The translations under genes were made by a program, and so were the position numbers. From positions 1,956-65,955 of the forward strand of contig JAWCMT010000003.1 in assembly GCA_038849555.1 (NCBI GenBank): a stretch of 64,000 bases of DNA. Reading direction: 5' to 3'. The DNA is from Candidatus Bathyarchaeia archaeon. Lineage in GTDB: Archaea > Thermoproteota > Bathyarchaeia > Bathyarchaeales > Bathycorpusculaceae. Positions 1 to 11,338 of this stretch are shown piece after piece. Position 1 is the first letter of the stretch. Every line of letters starts with the position of its first letter. A model generated the notes under the pieces. It saw nothing but the letters and a program-made list of their open reading frames with translations. It searched no databases and was not told the origin of the DNA.

Positions 1-213
1 CGGCACAGCCCAAGACGTGTATGGGTAAATCGAGGAAACAACTTCCATGCAGCCTGTAGCCTGAGTAACAATTGTAGGTCCACGTGTGGCCTTCATTATC
101 AGCCGCAGCACCGTTGTAGGCGCGCATCCTGCGCACGCGCGGTGTCCTGAAAGGAACAGGTCTGGTTTCTCAGCAATGTCCTTTGTGGTGAATTTCCATT
201 CTTGTGTTGCCAT
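1..213 (-). CDS. porB: Pyruvate:ferredoxin oxidoreductase beta subunit, N-terminal 71 codons only (the gene runs off the window edge)
   Basis: My own reverse-complement translation from the ATG at 213-211 gives MATQEWKFTTKDIAEKPDLFLSGHRACAGCAPTTVLRLIMKATRGPTIVTQATGCMEVVSSIYPYTSWAVP. This carries the TPP-subunit GHxACxGC and TGC motifs. A GGAGG lies upstream, and the gene sits directly downstream of porA. It is absent from the ORF track because it has no stop inside the window. Confidence 0.8.
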   Translation of the reverse strand, partial: MATQEWKFTTKDIAEKPDLFLSGHRACAGCAPTTVLRLIMKATRGPTIVTQATGCMEVVSSIYPYTSWAVP

Positions 214-231
214 TTACATTCATTCCTCCAT

Positions 232-1464
232 TTATTCTCTTAATCCCAAGTATTGAATTGGCTTTTCAACACGCTTTGCCGCTAATATTCGCTGCAAATC
301 CGAGTAAATGCTTCGCAGTTCCCGCGGGCTCGTGTCTCTTCCGCCCAGCCCGTAGATGTAATTGACAACGAAAGGCCGAACATCAGCGTCATAAAGCACA
401 TGGCGAATTTCATGATACACTGGACCTCCGTGCCCGCCGAAACTCATGCACCTATCCATGACGGCCACAGCTTTCACATTGCAAAGTGCACTTCGAAGGT
501 CTTCGACAGGCAAAGGCCGGAACGTGCGAAGCCGAAGCAAGCCTGCTTTAACGCCTTTCTCTCTAAGCTCGTCTACAACTGTCTTCATGGTTCCCGCTGT
601 TGAGCCCAAACAAACAGCTGCAACTTCCGCGTCGTCAAGGCGGTAGGGCTCAATTAGGCCGTTTCCGTAGCTTCGCCCGCTTATTTTCGCGTATTCACGG
701 TTAACTTGCTGAATAACGGAGAGCGCGTTTTTCATTGCTTCTTCTTGCTGGCGCTTAAACTCGAAGTAGTAATTCGGCAACGCTATAGGACCCATAGTCA
801 TCGGCGCTTCAGGGTCAAGCTTGAAAGGCACTGTTTTTCCTTCATGCGTAAGCACGTTCGGAAACTTACGCGAACCAATAAACTGCTTCACAACATCATC
901 TGGCAAAGTGTCCACATTCTCAAGCGTATGGCTCAAAGTAAAGCCATCCAAGCCCACCATAACGGGCAGAAGCACATCAGCATCCTCAGCTATCCTGAAC
1001 GCTTGTATTATCGAGTCATAAACTTCCTGAGCGTTCTCAGCGTACAACTGTATCCAACCGCTATCGCGCTCTGCCATGCTGTCAGAGTGGTCTCCGTGAA
1101 TGTTAAGCGGAGCAGACAACGCCCGATTGGCAATTGCCATAACAACTGGCGCGCGGCATCCAGACGTCACGAAAAGCATCTCATGCATAAGCGCTAAACC
1201 AGCAGACGCAGTCGCAGTGAAAGCTCGCGCACCCGTAGCAGACGCCGCGAGGCAAGCAGCCAACGCGCTGTGCTCAGATTCAGTGCAGATATATTCCGTT
1301 TGCACCTCGCCATTAGCAACGTACTCGCTGAAGCGCTCCACAATAATTGTTTGCGGCGTTATTGGGTAAGCAGCCACAACATCCACATCAGACTGCTTAA
1401 CTGCGTAAGCAACAGCCTCATCGCCTGACAAGGCCATTCTTTCCTGCTTAACAACACTTTTCAT
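232..1464 (-). CDS. porA: Pyruvate:ferredoxin oxidoreductase alpha subunit
   Basis: ORF 232..1485. It has a typical PorA N-terminus (SGDEAVAYAVKQ..VDVVAAYPITPQT) and sits in a porG-D-A-B arrangement. I prefer the ATG at 1464, which lies after the porD stop and is preceded by AGGAGCGGGTG. Confidence 0.9.
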   Translation of the reverse strand: MKSVVKQERMALSGDEAVAYAVKQSDVDVVAAYPITPQTIIVERFSEYVANGEVQTEYICTESEHSALAACLAASATGARAFTATASAGLALMHEMLFVTSGCRAPVVMAIANRALSAPLNIHGDHSDSMAERDSGWIQLYAENAQEVYDSIIQAFRIAEDADVLLPVMVGLDGFTLSHTLENVDTLPDDVVKQFIGSRKFPNVLTHEGKTVPFKLDPEAPMTMGPIALPNYYFEFKRQQEEAMKNALSVIQQVNREYAKISGRSYGNGLIEPYRLDDAEVAAVCLGSTAGTMKTVVDELREKGVKAGLLRLRTFRPLPVEDLRSALCNVKAVAVMDRCMSFGGHGGPVYHEIRHVLYDADVRPFVVNYIYGLGGRDTSPRELRSIYSDLQRILAAKRVEKPIQYLGLRE

Positions 1465-1477
1465 GTAACACCCGCTC

Positions 1478-1756
1478 CTATTCAACCTTCATCGTTATAG
1501 CCTTAGTAGGGCACTCGTTAGCGCAGATCCCACAGCCCTTACAAAAACTGTAATCGAATTCTATATCTGCCTTTTCTGGTTTCCAGTGAATCGCTCCGTC
1601 AGGACAGAAAAGCACGCATAACAGGCACCGCGTGCACTTCTCCAAATCCCGCACGGGCATATATGTTTTCCAATCGCCAGTCAGGAAAGTTGTGCTTGGC
1701 TTGGAGCAGACTCCTGCAGGCGCAAGTTCTTTCCAGCCTTTTTCTCGAACACTCAT
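1478..1756 (-). CDS. porD: Pyruvate:ferredoxin oxidoreductase delta subunit (2x[4Fe-4S] ferredoxin)
   Basis: 92 aa with CxxCxxCxxxCP (CTRCLLCVLFCP) and CKGCGICANECP cluster motifs. It lies between porG and porA and ends in TAG. Confidence 0.9.
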   Translation of the reverse strand: MSVREKGWKELAPAGVCSKPSTTFLTGDWKTYMPVRDLEKCTRCLLCVLFCPDGAIHWKPEKADIEFDYSFCKGCGICANECPTKAITMKVE

Positions 1757-2313
1757 TCTTGTTTTGCCTCCTTAAAGGCTTCTTTTATTACTGCAAAGTT
1801 TTTCTCTGCAACATCCGCTCTGAAGCGTTCTTTAACAGTTTTCTCTATGCTCTCCAAAGCAACTATCGATGTAGCACGGGCGGCAACACCAAGCATGGCC
1901 GTGTTCATTATTGGCGCCCCCAGAATTTTTAGAGCAATTTCCGTTGCAGGCACAGTCCAGACATGCCCTTTTTCCAGTTTAAGAGACTTCTTAACTTTCG
2001 CGGGTTCATCGGGGGAATTCACGATAACTATGCCATCTTCTTTCAAACCTGCAACGACCGGAACAGACTTCAGCAAAGTGGAATCCAAAACAGCAACTAC
2101 ATCAGGCTCGTAGATCGAACAATGCAGTCGAATAGGCTCGGTGCTTATCCGCGTGAAAGCCGTTACCGGCGCACCCATTCTTTCAGGGCCGAACTCTGGA
2201 AAAGATTGAATGTACTTACCCTCGTAGATTGCCGCGCGCGCAAGCAACTCGCTGGCCGTCCATGCGCCTTGACCGCCTCTGCCATGCCACCTGAACTCCA
2301 ACATTTTCTTCAA
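1753..2313 (-). CDS. porG: Pyruvate:ferredoxin oxidoreductase gamma subunit
   Basis: 186 aa. The start FRWHGRGGQGAWTASELLA matches the gamma-subunit GRGGQG motif. It overlaps porD by 4 nt. Confidence 0.9.
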   Translation of the reverse strand: MKKMLEFRWHGRGGQGAWTASELLARAAIYEGKYIQSFPEFGPERMGAPVTAFTRISTEPIRLHCSIYEPDVVAVLDSTLLKSVPVVAGLKEDGIVIVNSPDEPAKVKKSLKLEKGHVWTVPATEIALKILGAPIMNTAMLGVAARATSIVALESIEKTVKERFRADVAEKNFAVIKEAFKEAKQE

Positions 2314-2594
2314 TTAGCCCTTCTACCCCACATGAATAGTTTCCCACTTAATTGGTGAACGGACTCATATACATTTTTCTCTTTAAACACACATTTAGCC
2401 ATCACAATGTAAAAATGCAAGACAAAAATATTGACCTATCCACGCAAAAAGTTTCCTATAAAAATTATTAAGAACAAGCAAATCAAATTAGCGCTACGAA
2501 AATAGCCCAATAAAGTTTTATATGGAAGTTTAACCCTTCATAAAAAAGTTGACTGCCAGAAATTCCCTAATAGAATGAAGCGGGAGGGGAAGAA

Positions 2595-4082
2595 ATGGCT
2601 GATGTACTTTTAACTGCTGACAGAACACTTATGAGTAATTATCACAACAACGAGTTCCTAGGTTTTGGAACTTGTGCTCCTCCAAACTTTCTGCCCGAAT
2701 GGTTCTATAGCTTCCTGTTTTTTCCACCCATAAAAGAGAGTAAGGGAATCCCTGCGGCAGCGCCTTACGGTTTGAGAAAAATTGAAGCTCAGCTTTTGAA
2801 GGAAGGCTTTGACGTTGCAACGGTAAGCCCAGACCACATCGAAGATTATATCACCGATGCCAAAGTGTTGGGTATCCACACGATGGACCCTTTCGGCTTA
2901 GGGCCAGCTTCAACCACGCTTGCAGCTATCTTTAAAAAAGAACCTTACTTGGCCAAGTACTTCCAAATTTTACTCAGCAACCCAGCGATTAAGAAGGCAA
3001 AAAAGAACGGATTAAAGTTTATAGTCGGAGGACCAGGTGCATGGCAGTTCCGCTATAGGCCGAAATTTGTTGAGGAACATGGAATAGACTGCATAATTGA
3101 GGGAGAAGCAGAGAAAGTTATTGGCAAATTCTTTAGGGACGCCCTTGAAGGCAAGGAGTTACCGAAATATTACGAGGTCAACGTTGGCGAAGCACCGGCT
3201 TTAGAGGAAATTCCAGACATAGTTAACCCTTCAATAAATGGCTTGGTAGAAATCGGCAGAGGCTGCTGCAGAGGCTGCGAATTCTGCAACGTAACGCTTA
3301 GGCCTCTGCGTTGGTATCCGCTTGAGAAAATAAAGCGGGAGATAACGCTTAACGTTACCTCGGGAAAAGTGAGCGGCTGTTGCCTTCACGCGGAAGACGT
3401 AATGCTCTATGGCTCAAGAAACACGCGACCAAACGAGGAGAAACTAATAAAACTTCACGAGTTCGTGGTAAAAAGTAATAATGGCGGCTTAAGCTGGAGC
3501 CACTGCTCGCTGGCGGCGGTGGCCTCAAACCCTCAGCTCTTCACAAAAATTGCCGAAATCATACTGCAAAAACAGCCATGGTGGGGTGCAGAAATAGGCA
3601 TCGAAACAGGCTCGAGGAAATTGGCCGAGAAAATTATGCCCGCCAAGGCACATCCTTTCAAGGCGGAGGAGTGGCCAGAGGTTGTTAAAACAGGCATGGG
3701 GCTGATGCATGACAACAGATTGGTGCCAGCATGCACCCTAATCGTTGGGCTTCCAGAAGAAACTGAAGACGACATCATCAGAACAATGGAGCTTGTGGAT
3801 GACCTTAAGCATGTTCGAAGCCTCATTGTGCCCTTGTTTTTTGTTCCTTTGGGCCGGCTGAAGCAGAAAGACTGGTTCAAGCGTGCAGAATTAACCGGCC
3901 TGCATAAGCAGTTGTTGTTTCAATGCGTAGAGCACGATTTTTACTGGGTTGATGACCTGCTGGATATATCGTTTAGAGACAAATGGTACGGTCGCTTCTT
4001 GAGAGAATTCTACAGAGGCTTCGCGGGGATAGCTAAACGAAAAGTGAGGCAGATAGAGCAACCGCTTGTTTTAAATGGCTAA
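2595..4082 (+). CDS. Radical SAM protein with an N-terminal B12-binding-like domain
   Basis: 495 aa. It has a CX3CX2C motif (GCCRGCEFC) in mid-protein and a Rossmann-like N-terminal half. It is divergent from the por operon. Confidence 0.75.
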   Translation: MADVLLTADRTLMSNYHNNEFLGFGTCAPPNFLPEWFYSFLFFPPIKESKGIPAAAPYGLRKIEAQLLKEGFDVATVSPDHIEDYITDAKVLGIHTMDPFGLGPASTTLAAIFKKEPYLAKYFQILLSNPAIKKAKKNGLKFIVGGPGAWQFRYRPKFVEEHGIDCIIEGEAEKVIGKFFRDALEGKELPKYYEVNVGEAPALEEIPDIVNPSINGLVEIGRGCCRGCEFCNVTLRPLRWYPLEKIKREITLNVTSGKVSGCCLHAEDVMLYGSRNTRPNEEKLIKLHEFVVKSNNGGLSWSHCSLAAVASNPQLFTKIAEIILQKQPWWGAEIGIETGSRKLAEKIMPAKAHPFKAEEWPEVVKTGMGLMHDNRLVPACTLIVGLPEETEDDIIRTMELVDDLKHVRSLIVPLFFVPLGRLKQKDWFKRAELTGLHKQLLFQCVEHDFYWVDDLLDISFRDKWYGRFLREFYRGFAGIAKRKVRQIEQPLVLNG

Positions 4083-4084
4083 CC

Positions 4085-4100
4085 TTAAATACTTTTATGA
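4085..4100 (+). promoter_or_regulatory. Candidate TATA/BRE region for tRNA-Asn
   Basis: The AT-rich TTAAATACTTTTATGA lies about 25-40 nt upstream of the mature tRNA 5' end. Confidence 0.35.
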
Positions 4101-4124
4101 AACACTGCATTAATGCTCGGGTGT

Positions 4125-4198
4125 GCCGCCGTAGCTCAGCTAGGTAGAGCGGCTGGCTGTTAACCAGTCGGTCATAGGTTCAAGTCCTATCGGCGGCG
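4125..4198 (+). tRNA. tRNA-Asn (anticodon GTT)
   Basis: I folded it by hand. The acceptor stem is GCCGCCG/CGGCGGC. The anticodon stem GCTGG/CCAGT carries loop CTGTTAA. The T-arm is ATAGG-TTCAAGT-CCTAT. CCA is encoded at 4199-4201. Confidence 0.9.
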
Positions 4199-4399
4199 CC
4201 AAACTGTTAATTATTGGCTGAATAATGTCGGATGCTCCTTTGCTAAATAAGGACAAAGCCTTGCTTGAATTGTATTCTTGTTGCCTCGAAAAGGTGATGG
4301 CGGCGGCAGCTTTTTAGTAAAAGCGAACTCGGGCTGTCTCTTTTTCCGAAACCTTAATTCACTTGGCCGCGAAATTAAACTATGGCAGAGGCGAATTAA

Positions 4400-4540
4400 A
4401 TGTCAAAAAATAAAAGTGAACTGCCTCGCTGCGACAGATGCGGAGAAATAATCGACAACTGCAAATGCGTATGCCCATACTGCGGCGAAACCTCAGGTTG
4501 CGAATGCTGCACCGGTTACGGCAAGGCGACCGGTGGCTAA
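4400..4540 (+). CDS. Small cysteine-rich protein (46 aa, 9 Cys), putative metal-binding
   Basis: My own translation is MSKNKSELPRCDRCGEIIDNCKCVCPYCGETSGCECCTGYGKATGG. It has an ATG start, a purine-rich stretch upstream and a TAA stop, and ends 44 nt before the OFOR alpha gene. It is below the ORF-track length cutoff. Confidence 0.45.
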   Translation: MSKNKSELPRCDRCGEIIDNCKCVCPYCGETSGCECCTGYGKATGG

Positions 4541-4584
4541 AATACACACTCCTTCGCCTTATGTTATTTAGGTTGTGAAGAAAG

Positions 4585-7465
<2,881 letters not shown>

Positions 7466-7528
7466 GCTGCGCCATAAAATTGCGGAAAGGATATTACTTT
7501 TTTATTCTATGATAGCTATAGAAAAGAA

Positions 7529-7969
7529 ATGAGCCTAGATAAATATCAGAAAAAACGAAACTTTGAGAAGACAAGCGAACCTAAAGGCGAAGTAACCGTG
7601 GGCGAAAGCAAAATTTACGTGATACAAAGGCACGCTGCAACACACTTACACTTCGACTTGCGATTAGAAATGGATGGCGTACTAAAAAGCTGGGCAGTCC
7701 CAAAAGAACCGCCCACAGAAGCAAACGTAAAGCGACTGGCAGTGCAAGTAGAAGACCATCCAGTTGAATACGCAAATTTTGAGGGCACAATACCTGAAGG
7801 CGAATACGGCGCTGGCACCGTGGAAATCTGGGACAAAGGAACCTACAAGCTAATTGACAGGAAAGAAGACAAACTCATCGTGGAAATCGAAGGCGCCAAA
7901 CTGCAAGGCACTTACGTGCTGATAAGGCTGAAGGATAAAAAGAACTGGCTCTTTTTCAAAAAGAAATAA
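7529..7969 (+). CDS. Stand-alone LigD-type 3'-phosphoesterase (PE) domain protein
   Basis: 146 aa. It shows the characteristic PE-domain core: [51 protein letters not shown]. Confidence 0.8.
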   Translation: MSLDKYQKKRNFEKTSEPKGEVTVGESKIYVIQRHAATHLHFDLRLEMDGVLKSWAVPKEPPTEANVKRLAVQVEDHPVEYANFEGTIPEGEYGAGTVEIWDKGTYKLIDRKEDKLIVEIEGAKLQGTYVLIRLKDKKNWLFFKKK

Positions 7970-8041
7970 TATGATACCCTAAAAAATCTCCTTTGTTAAA
8001 GCAAGCCAAATTTTTGAAAAGAGCGCTTCCTTTTTGTGCGC

Positions 8042-8332
8042 TCACAAAACGGTTAATGTTCCGAATTTTCCGACGTTAAGCTGGATTTCACCCTTAAAGC
8101 TGGTCACGTAACCGTTTTCAATTTTTATCGTGTCATTGACGTTGACTTGGTCTATCTGCTCGTTCCAAAGTGTCAGCTTTATGCTTCCTGTTTCATCAGC
8201 AATCATGGCGTCGGCTACAGTGTAAGTTTCATCTTTGAATCTGGACATAACTTGCCGTGGTGCACCCTTCTCCACGACTTTTGCTTCAACATTGACACGT
8301 TTCATTCCATTCTTTAATTCGCTAATTTTCAT
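8042..8332 (-). CDS. ssb: Single OB-fold ssDNA-binding protein (crenarchaeal SSB type, lacking a C-terminal tail)
   Basis: 96 aa. The pattern VNV..KV...DETGSIKLTLW..IKIENGYVTSFKGEIQLNVG parallels the OB domain of Sulfolobus SSB. Confidence 0.65.
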   Translation of the reverse strand: MKISELKNGMKRVNVEAKVVEKGAPRQVMSRFKDETYTVADAMIADETGSIKLTLWNEQIDQVNVNDTIKIENGYVTSFKGEIQLNVGKFGTLTVL

Positions 8333-8525
8333 ATTTAATCACCCGAGTTAATCCTTCACCCTATCCTTTAGCTAATTTTGCCAAGGACCTTGGTGAGATT
8401 TTACTTGCAAAAGTGCCTTTTAATCCATATAAATCTTGCTAGCTAAAGCCAAAGCCACCACAGGAACGCTAAAGCACACGCATAATATGGAAAAACCACA
8501 TGTGCCACATGCTACCTCTTGTCGT

Positions 8526-9776
8526 TTATATCCCTAATAGTAAACCTAAAATTATAATCGTCAAAAACAGGCTTATTCCTGACACAAAAAGACACTTCAT
8601 CCACCCGAACGCAACTACGCTTGGACTGGCCGCAGTTTCCAACACGGTTTTTCCCAAGCTTGCCTGCTCCGCAATTTTCTCGTCACTGGTTATGGCGCGA
8701 ATAATAAAGGTGCCTAAGGCAATAATCCAGATATAAAAGGCTATTTGAATTATGCCGCCCACAAAACTGACAGATGATATAGAGTTTAAAATGACTTGCC
8801 GCGCAGCTTCATATTCTTCTGGGGCACCTGCCAATACCTCAAGCGGATAGTAAAGGTTAGGCAGTGACGTATAAACTACCGCGGTTATAACGGCTTGTAT
8901 GACTATAACAACCAAGGCGAACCCAACAGCGATCATCAGCGGACGCCAGACCACATTGCCCTTTAGCCCCCTAATTATCACGTACATTAGTCCTGTCAAC
9001 AAGAGCCATTCAAAGAGAAACGGGGCAATCGCATTCAACGCCGCGTTTGCAAAGTATGCGATACCATAAAAGTCAAGAAGCAATTCGTAATCACCTTTGA
9101 AGAACAATTGGTCAATCAACAAATCAACATCTGCGCTACGTGCCCATGTGAATTCAAGCTTCAGTCCAGTTATATTCTCCCACGTGGCAACAGCCTCATT
9201 AGCCTGCCAGCCATCAGAACCGACGCCAACTGGAAGGGTTATATTATTCCAAACGTTAACGCCGCTATTTGCGAGCTCGCCTGTTAAGTCAAAATAAAAG
9301 CTTGAATCACCCAAAGAATACAAATAAAGAGATGCCCTTTCAGACTTTACTTCGGGAGAAAGCTGCTTCACACGGAAGGAAATGTTCTGGAAGCCCCCAA
9401 CGCCGCAATTCAGTGAACCGTTAAAGCGAATTTCCATCCAAACACTACTGGCATCATTGGCGGTAAACTCGATGCTGGCAGTGGCGTAGGTGCTGTTTAT
9501 GTAATCATCGGTGTTATTGCGGATAGCTAAGCCCTCGCTGGCTTTCCAAAACGCCGCATTCTCCGTCCACAAGTCTCCCTGCGCAATCAAAGGCGCTGTT
9601 TGAGGCGCAGTTAACTCAACGTAGGATCGGGATGCAACCACATAAGAACTGCCAAGTTGAGCTAACACGAAAAGAGACAGCAAAAGGATAGGCCCGACAT
9701 AGCTGGTTTTCCGGATTATTTCCGTAAACACCTTGTGTGGGGCATAAATCACTTTTAGTATTTCTTTGATTGGCAC
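8526..9776 (-). CDS. Multi-pass membrane protein, Yip1-like, with a large extracytoplasmic insert
   Basis: 416 aa. An N-terminal Yip1-like segment and first TM are followed by a roughly 200 aa hydrophilic beta-rich domain and 4-5 C-terminal TM helices. Confidence 0.4.
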   Translation of the reverse strand: MPIKEILKVIYAPHKVFTEIIRKTSYVGPILLLSLFVLAQLGSSYVVASRSYVELTAPQTAPLIAQGDLWTENAAFWKASEGLAIRNNTDDYINSTYATASIEFTANDASSVWMEIRFNGSLNCGVGGFQNISFRVKQLSPEVKSERASLYLYSLGDSSFYFDLTGELANSGVNVWNNITLPVGVGSDGWQANEAVATWENITGLKLEFTWARSADVDLLIDQLFFKGDYELLLDFYGIAYFANAALNAIAPFLFEWLLLTGLMYVIIRGLKGNVVWRPLMIAVGFALVVIVIQAVITAVVYTSLPNLYYPLEVLAGAPEEYEAARQVILNSISSVSFVGGIIQIAFYIWIIALGTFIIRAITSDEKIAEQASLGKTVLETAASPSVVAFGWMKCLFVSGISLFLTIIILGLLLGI

Positions 9777-9827
9777 GATAGCTGAGCTCCGCTTATCACA
9801 TCAACACACGTAGTTATTAACTGTTCG

Positions 9828-11336
9828 TTACAACCCAAGCTTGAGCCTTCGGTAAGCAGGGTAGTCCACGTACTCCACGAACGGGCTATCCGCTTGCGCT
9901 CGCACAGTGAACTTTTGGCGTTGCCGCTTATCCGCTATCTGGCTTGTTGTTCTTAGTAGGTAAGCGTCACTTCCCGCGCCTGAGCCGTAGCTGGTGATTA
10001 ATATCAACTCGTCAGGTTTGGCAATGTCCAATATCGACGCTAAGCCTATGGGTGAGCAGCCTGAGTAAGTGTTGCCGAACTTGTTGATTTGAAGCGAAGC
10101 CGCATATTGCTCTTCTTTGAAGCCAAGCTCCTTTGCGACTCTAACGGGAAACTGAGGATTGGGCTGGTGCGTGACAAAATAGTTTATGTCGCTTGCTTTC
10201 AAGCGGAGCTTTTCCATGAGCTTAGCGGTTGCCTTTCGGACATGTTTAAAGTATGCGGGGTCTCCTGTGAATCTGCCACCGTGCATGGGGAAAGGCTCGC
10301 CGTCTCTGCGCCAAAAGTCAGGCGTATCAGAAGTGCATGAGTACCAGCCTTCAATTTCAGCAATGACATCATGCTTCCCAAAGATAAAGGCGGCGCCGCC
10401 ATAGCCAACGAAGAGGTCTAATTCGCCACCTGGACAGCCTCTAGGCGCAGCTTGAGAGTTATCCGCGCCTATAACCATCGCGTACTTTATGTCTGAATTA
10501 GGATAGTTAACAAGTGCGGCGGCATCTTTGAACATGCTTGAGGCCGCTTTGCACGCGAATTCGGTGTCCACTGCGTCAACGCCTTGAACGTCACCTTCTT
10601 CTTCGCCAAGCTTCAAGACTTGCGCAACCTTTGAGGCTATGGGCTTAACGGCGTATGGATTTGATTCAGAGCCAACGTAAATTTTGCCAACCAGCGCGCT
10701 GTCCACGCCAGAGTGGATTAGCGCGAGTTTTCCAGCTTCAACCGCGGCGGTTATGGCGTCTTCATCAATGAAGGGAACTGCACGCTCGATGCTGCCTTCT
10801 TTTATTCTGAAACGTGAAACGTAAACGCCATAGCCTACAATGCCCGGCGCATCGTACTCTTTGCTGGGCTGAACAGGCTTGTATTCTTGATGTGGATAAT
10901 ACTCGTCGGCAAAAGTAAATGCCAAAGAAATTGTAGGGACAACATCGCTTTTACCCACTGAGTAGCGCCGTCTAAAACGTGGAACCACTTCTCGGCCCTC
11001 GAGACTTGAAAAATCAATTTCCTCATCGTCCCTAATTATTTGGTCAGTAAGCCTGCCTGGCACTCTGATTTGCCCATTATGGAAGGAAATTATGCCGTAG
11101 ACGTAGTTGCCTAGTTTCGTAAACTTGTTAGTAGGCTCCCTAACAAGAGTGCATAGCTCGAGTTTTCCTTTTTCATAGAAGAGGTCTATACTGTCCATTT
11201 TACCGAAGCTTTTTCTGCCGCAGTTTCCGCAGTAGTCACGCACTTCGAAGTATTCTTTACCGCAGATTTTGCAGCGACTAGCCTTCAATCTATCGCCAAG
11301 GTAAGAAACACGTCTCTCTATGGGTTCGCTACTCAT
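9828..11336 (-). CDS. HMG-CoA synthase with an N-terminally fused DUF35 (Zn-ribbon + OB-fold) domain
   Basis: 502 aa. Residues 1-150 carry CKICG..CGNCG followed by an OB-like region. Residues from about 163 show archaeal HMGCS motifs: GIVGYGVYVSRFRIK, VGSESNPYAVKP, EFACKA. It lies directly downstream of the thiolase. Confidence 0.8.
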   Translation of the reverse strand: MSSEPIERRVSYLGDRLKASRCKICGKEYFEVRDYCGNCGRKSFGKMDSIDLFYEKGKLELCTLVREPTNKFTKLGNYVYGIISFHNGQIRVPGRLTDQIIRDDEEIDFSSLEGREVVPRFRRRYSVGKSDVVPTISLAFTFADEYYPHQEYKPVQPSKEYDAPGIVGYGVYVSRFRIKEGSIERAVPFIDEDAITAAVEAGKLALIHSGVDSALVGKIYVGSESNPYAVKPIASKVAQVLKLGEEEGDVQGVDAVDTEFACKAASSMFKDAAALVNYPNSDIKYAMVIGADNSQAAPRGCPGGELDLFVGYGGAAFIFGKHDVIAEIEGWYSCTSDTPDFWRRDGEPFPMHGGRFTGDPAYFKHVRKATAKLMEKLRLKASDINYFVTHQPNPQFPVRVAKELGFKEEQYAASLQINKFGNTYSGCSPIGLASILDIAKPDELILITSYGSGAGSDAYLLRTTSQIADKRQRQKFTVRAQADSPFVEYVDYPAYRRLKLGL

Positions 11337-11338
11337 TT

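Noticed and set aside
400-2358. Numerous plus-strand track ORFs inside the por operon (for example 400..603, 706..1197, 1100..1369, 1663..1932, 1963..2358)
   Set aside because: They lie antisense to strongly recognisable porA/D/G coding sequence. They have Arg/Ser/Cys-rich low-complexity composition and no start context. The same reasoning applies to the many antisense or shadow ORFs inside other confident genes throughout the window.
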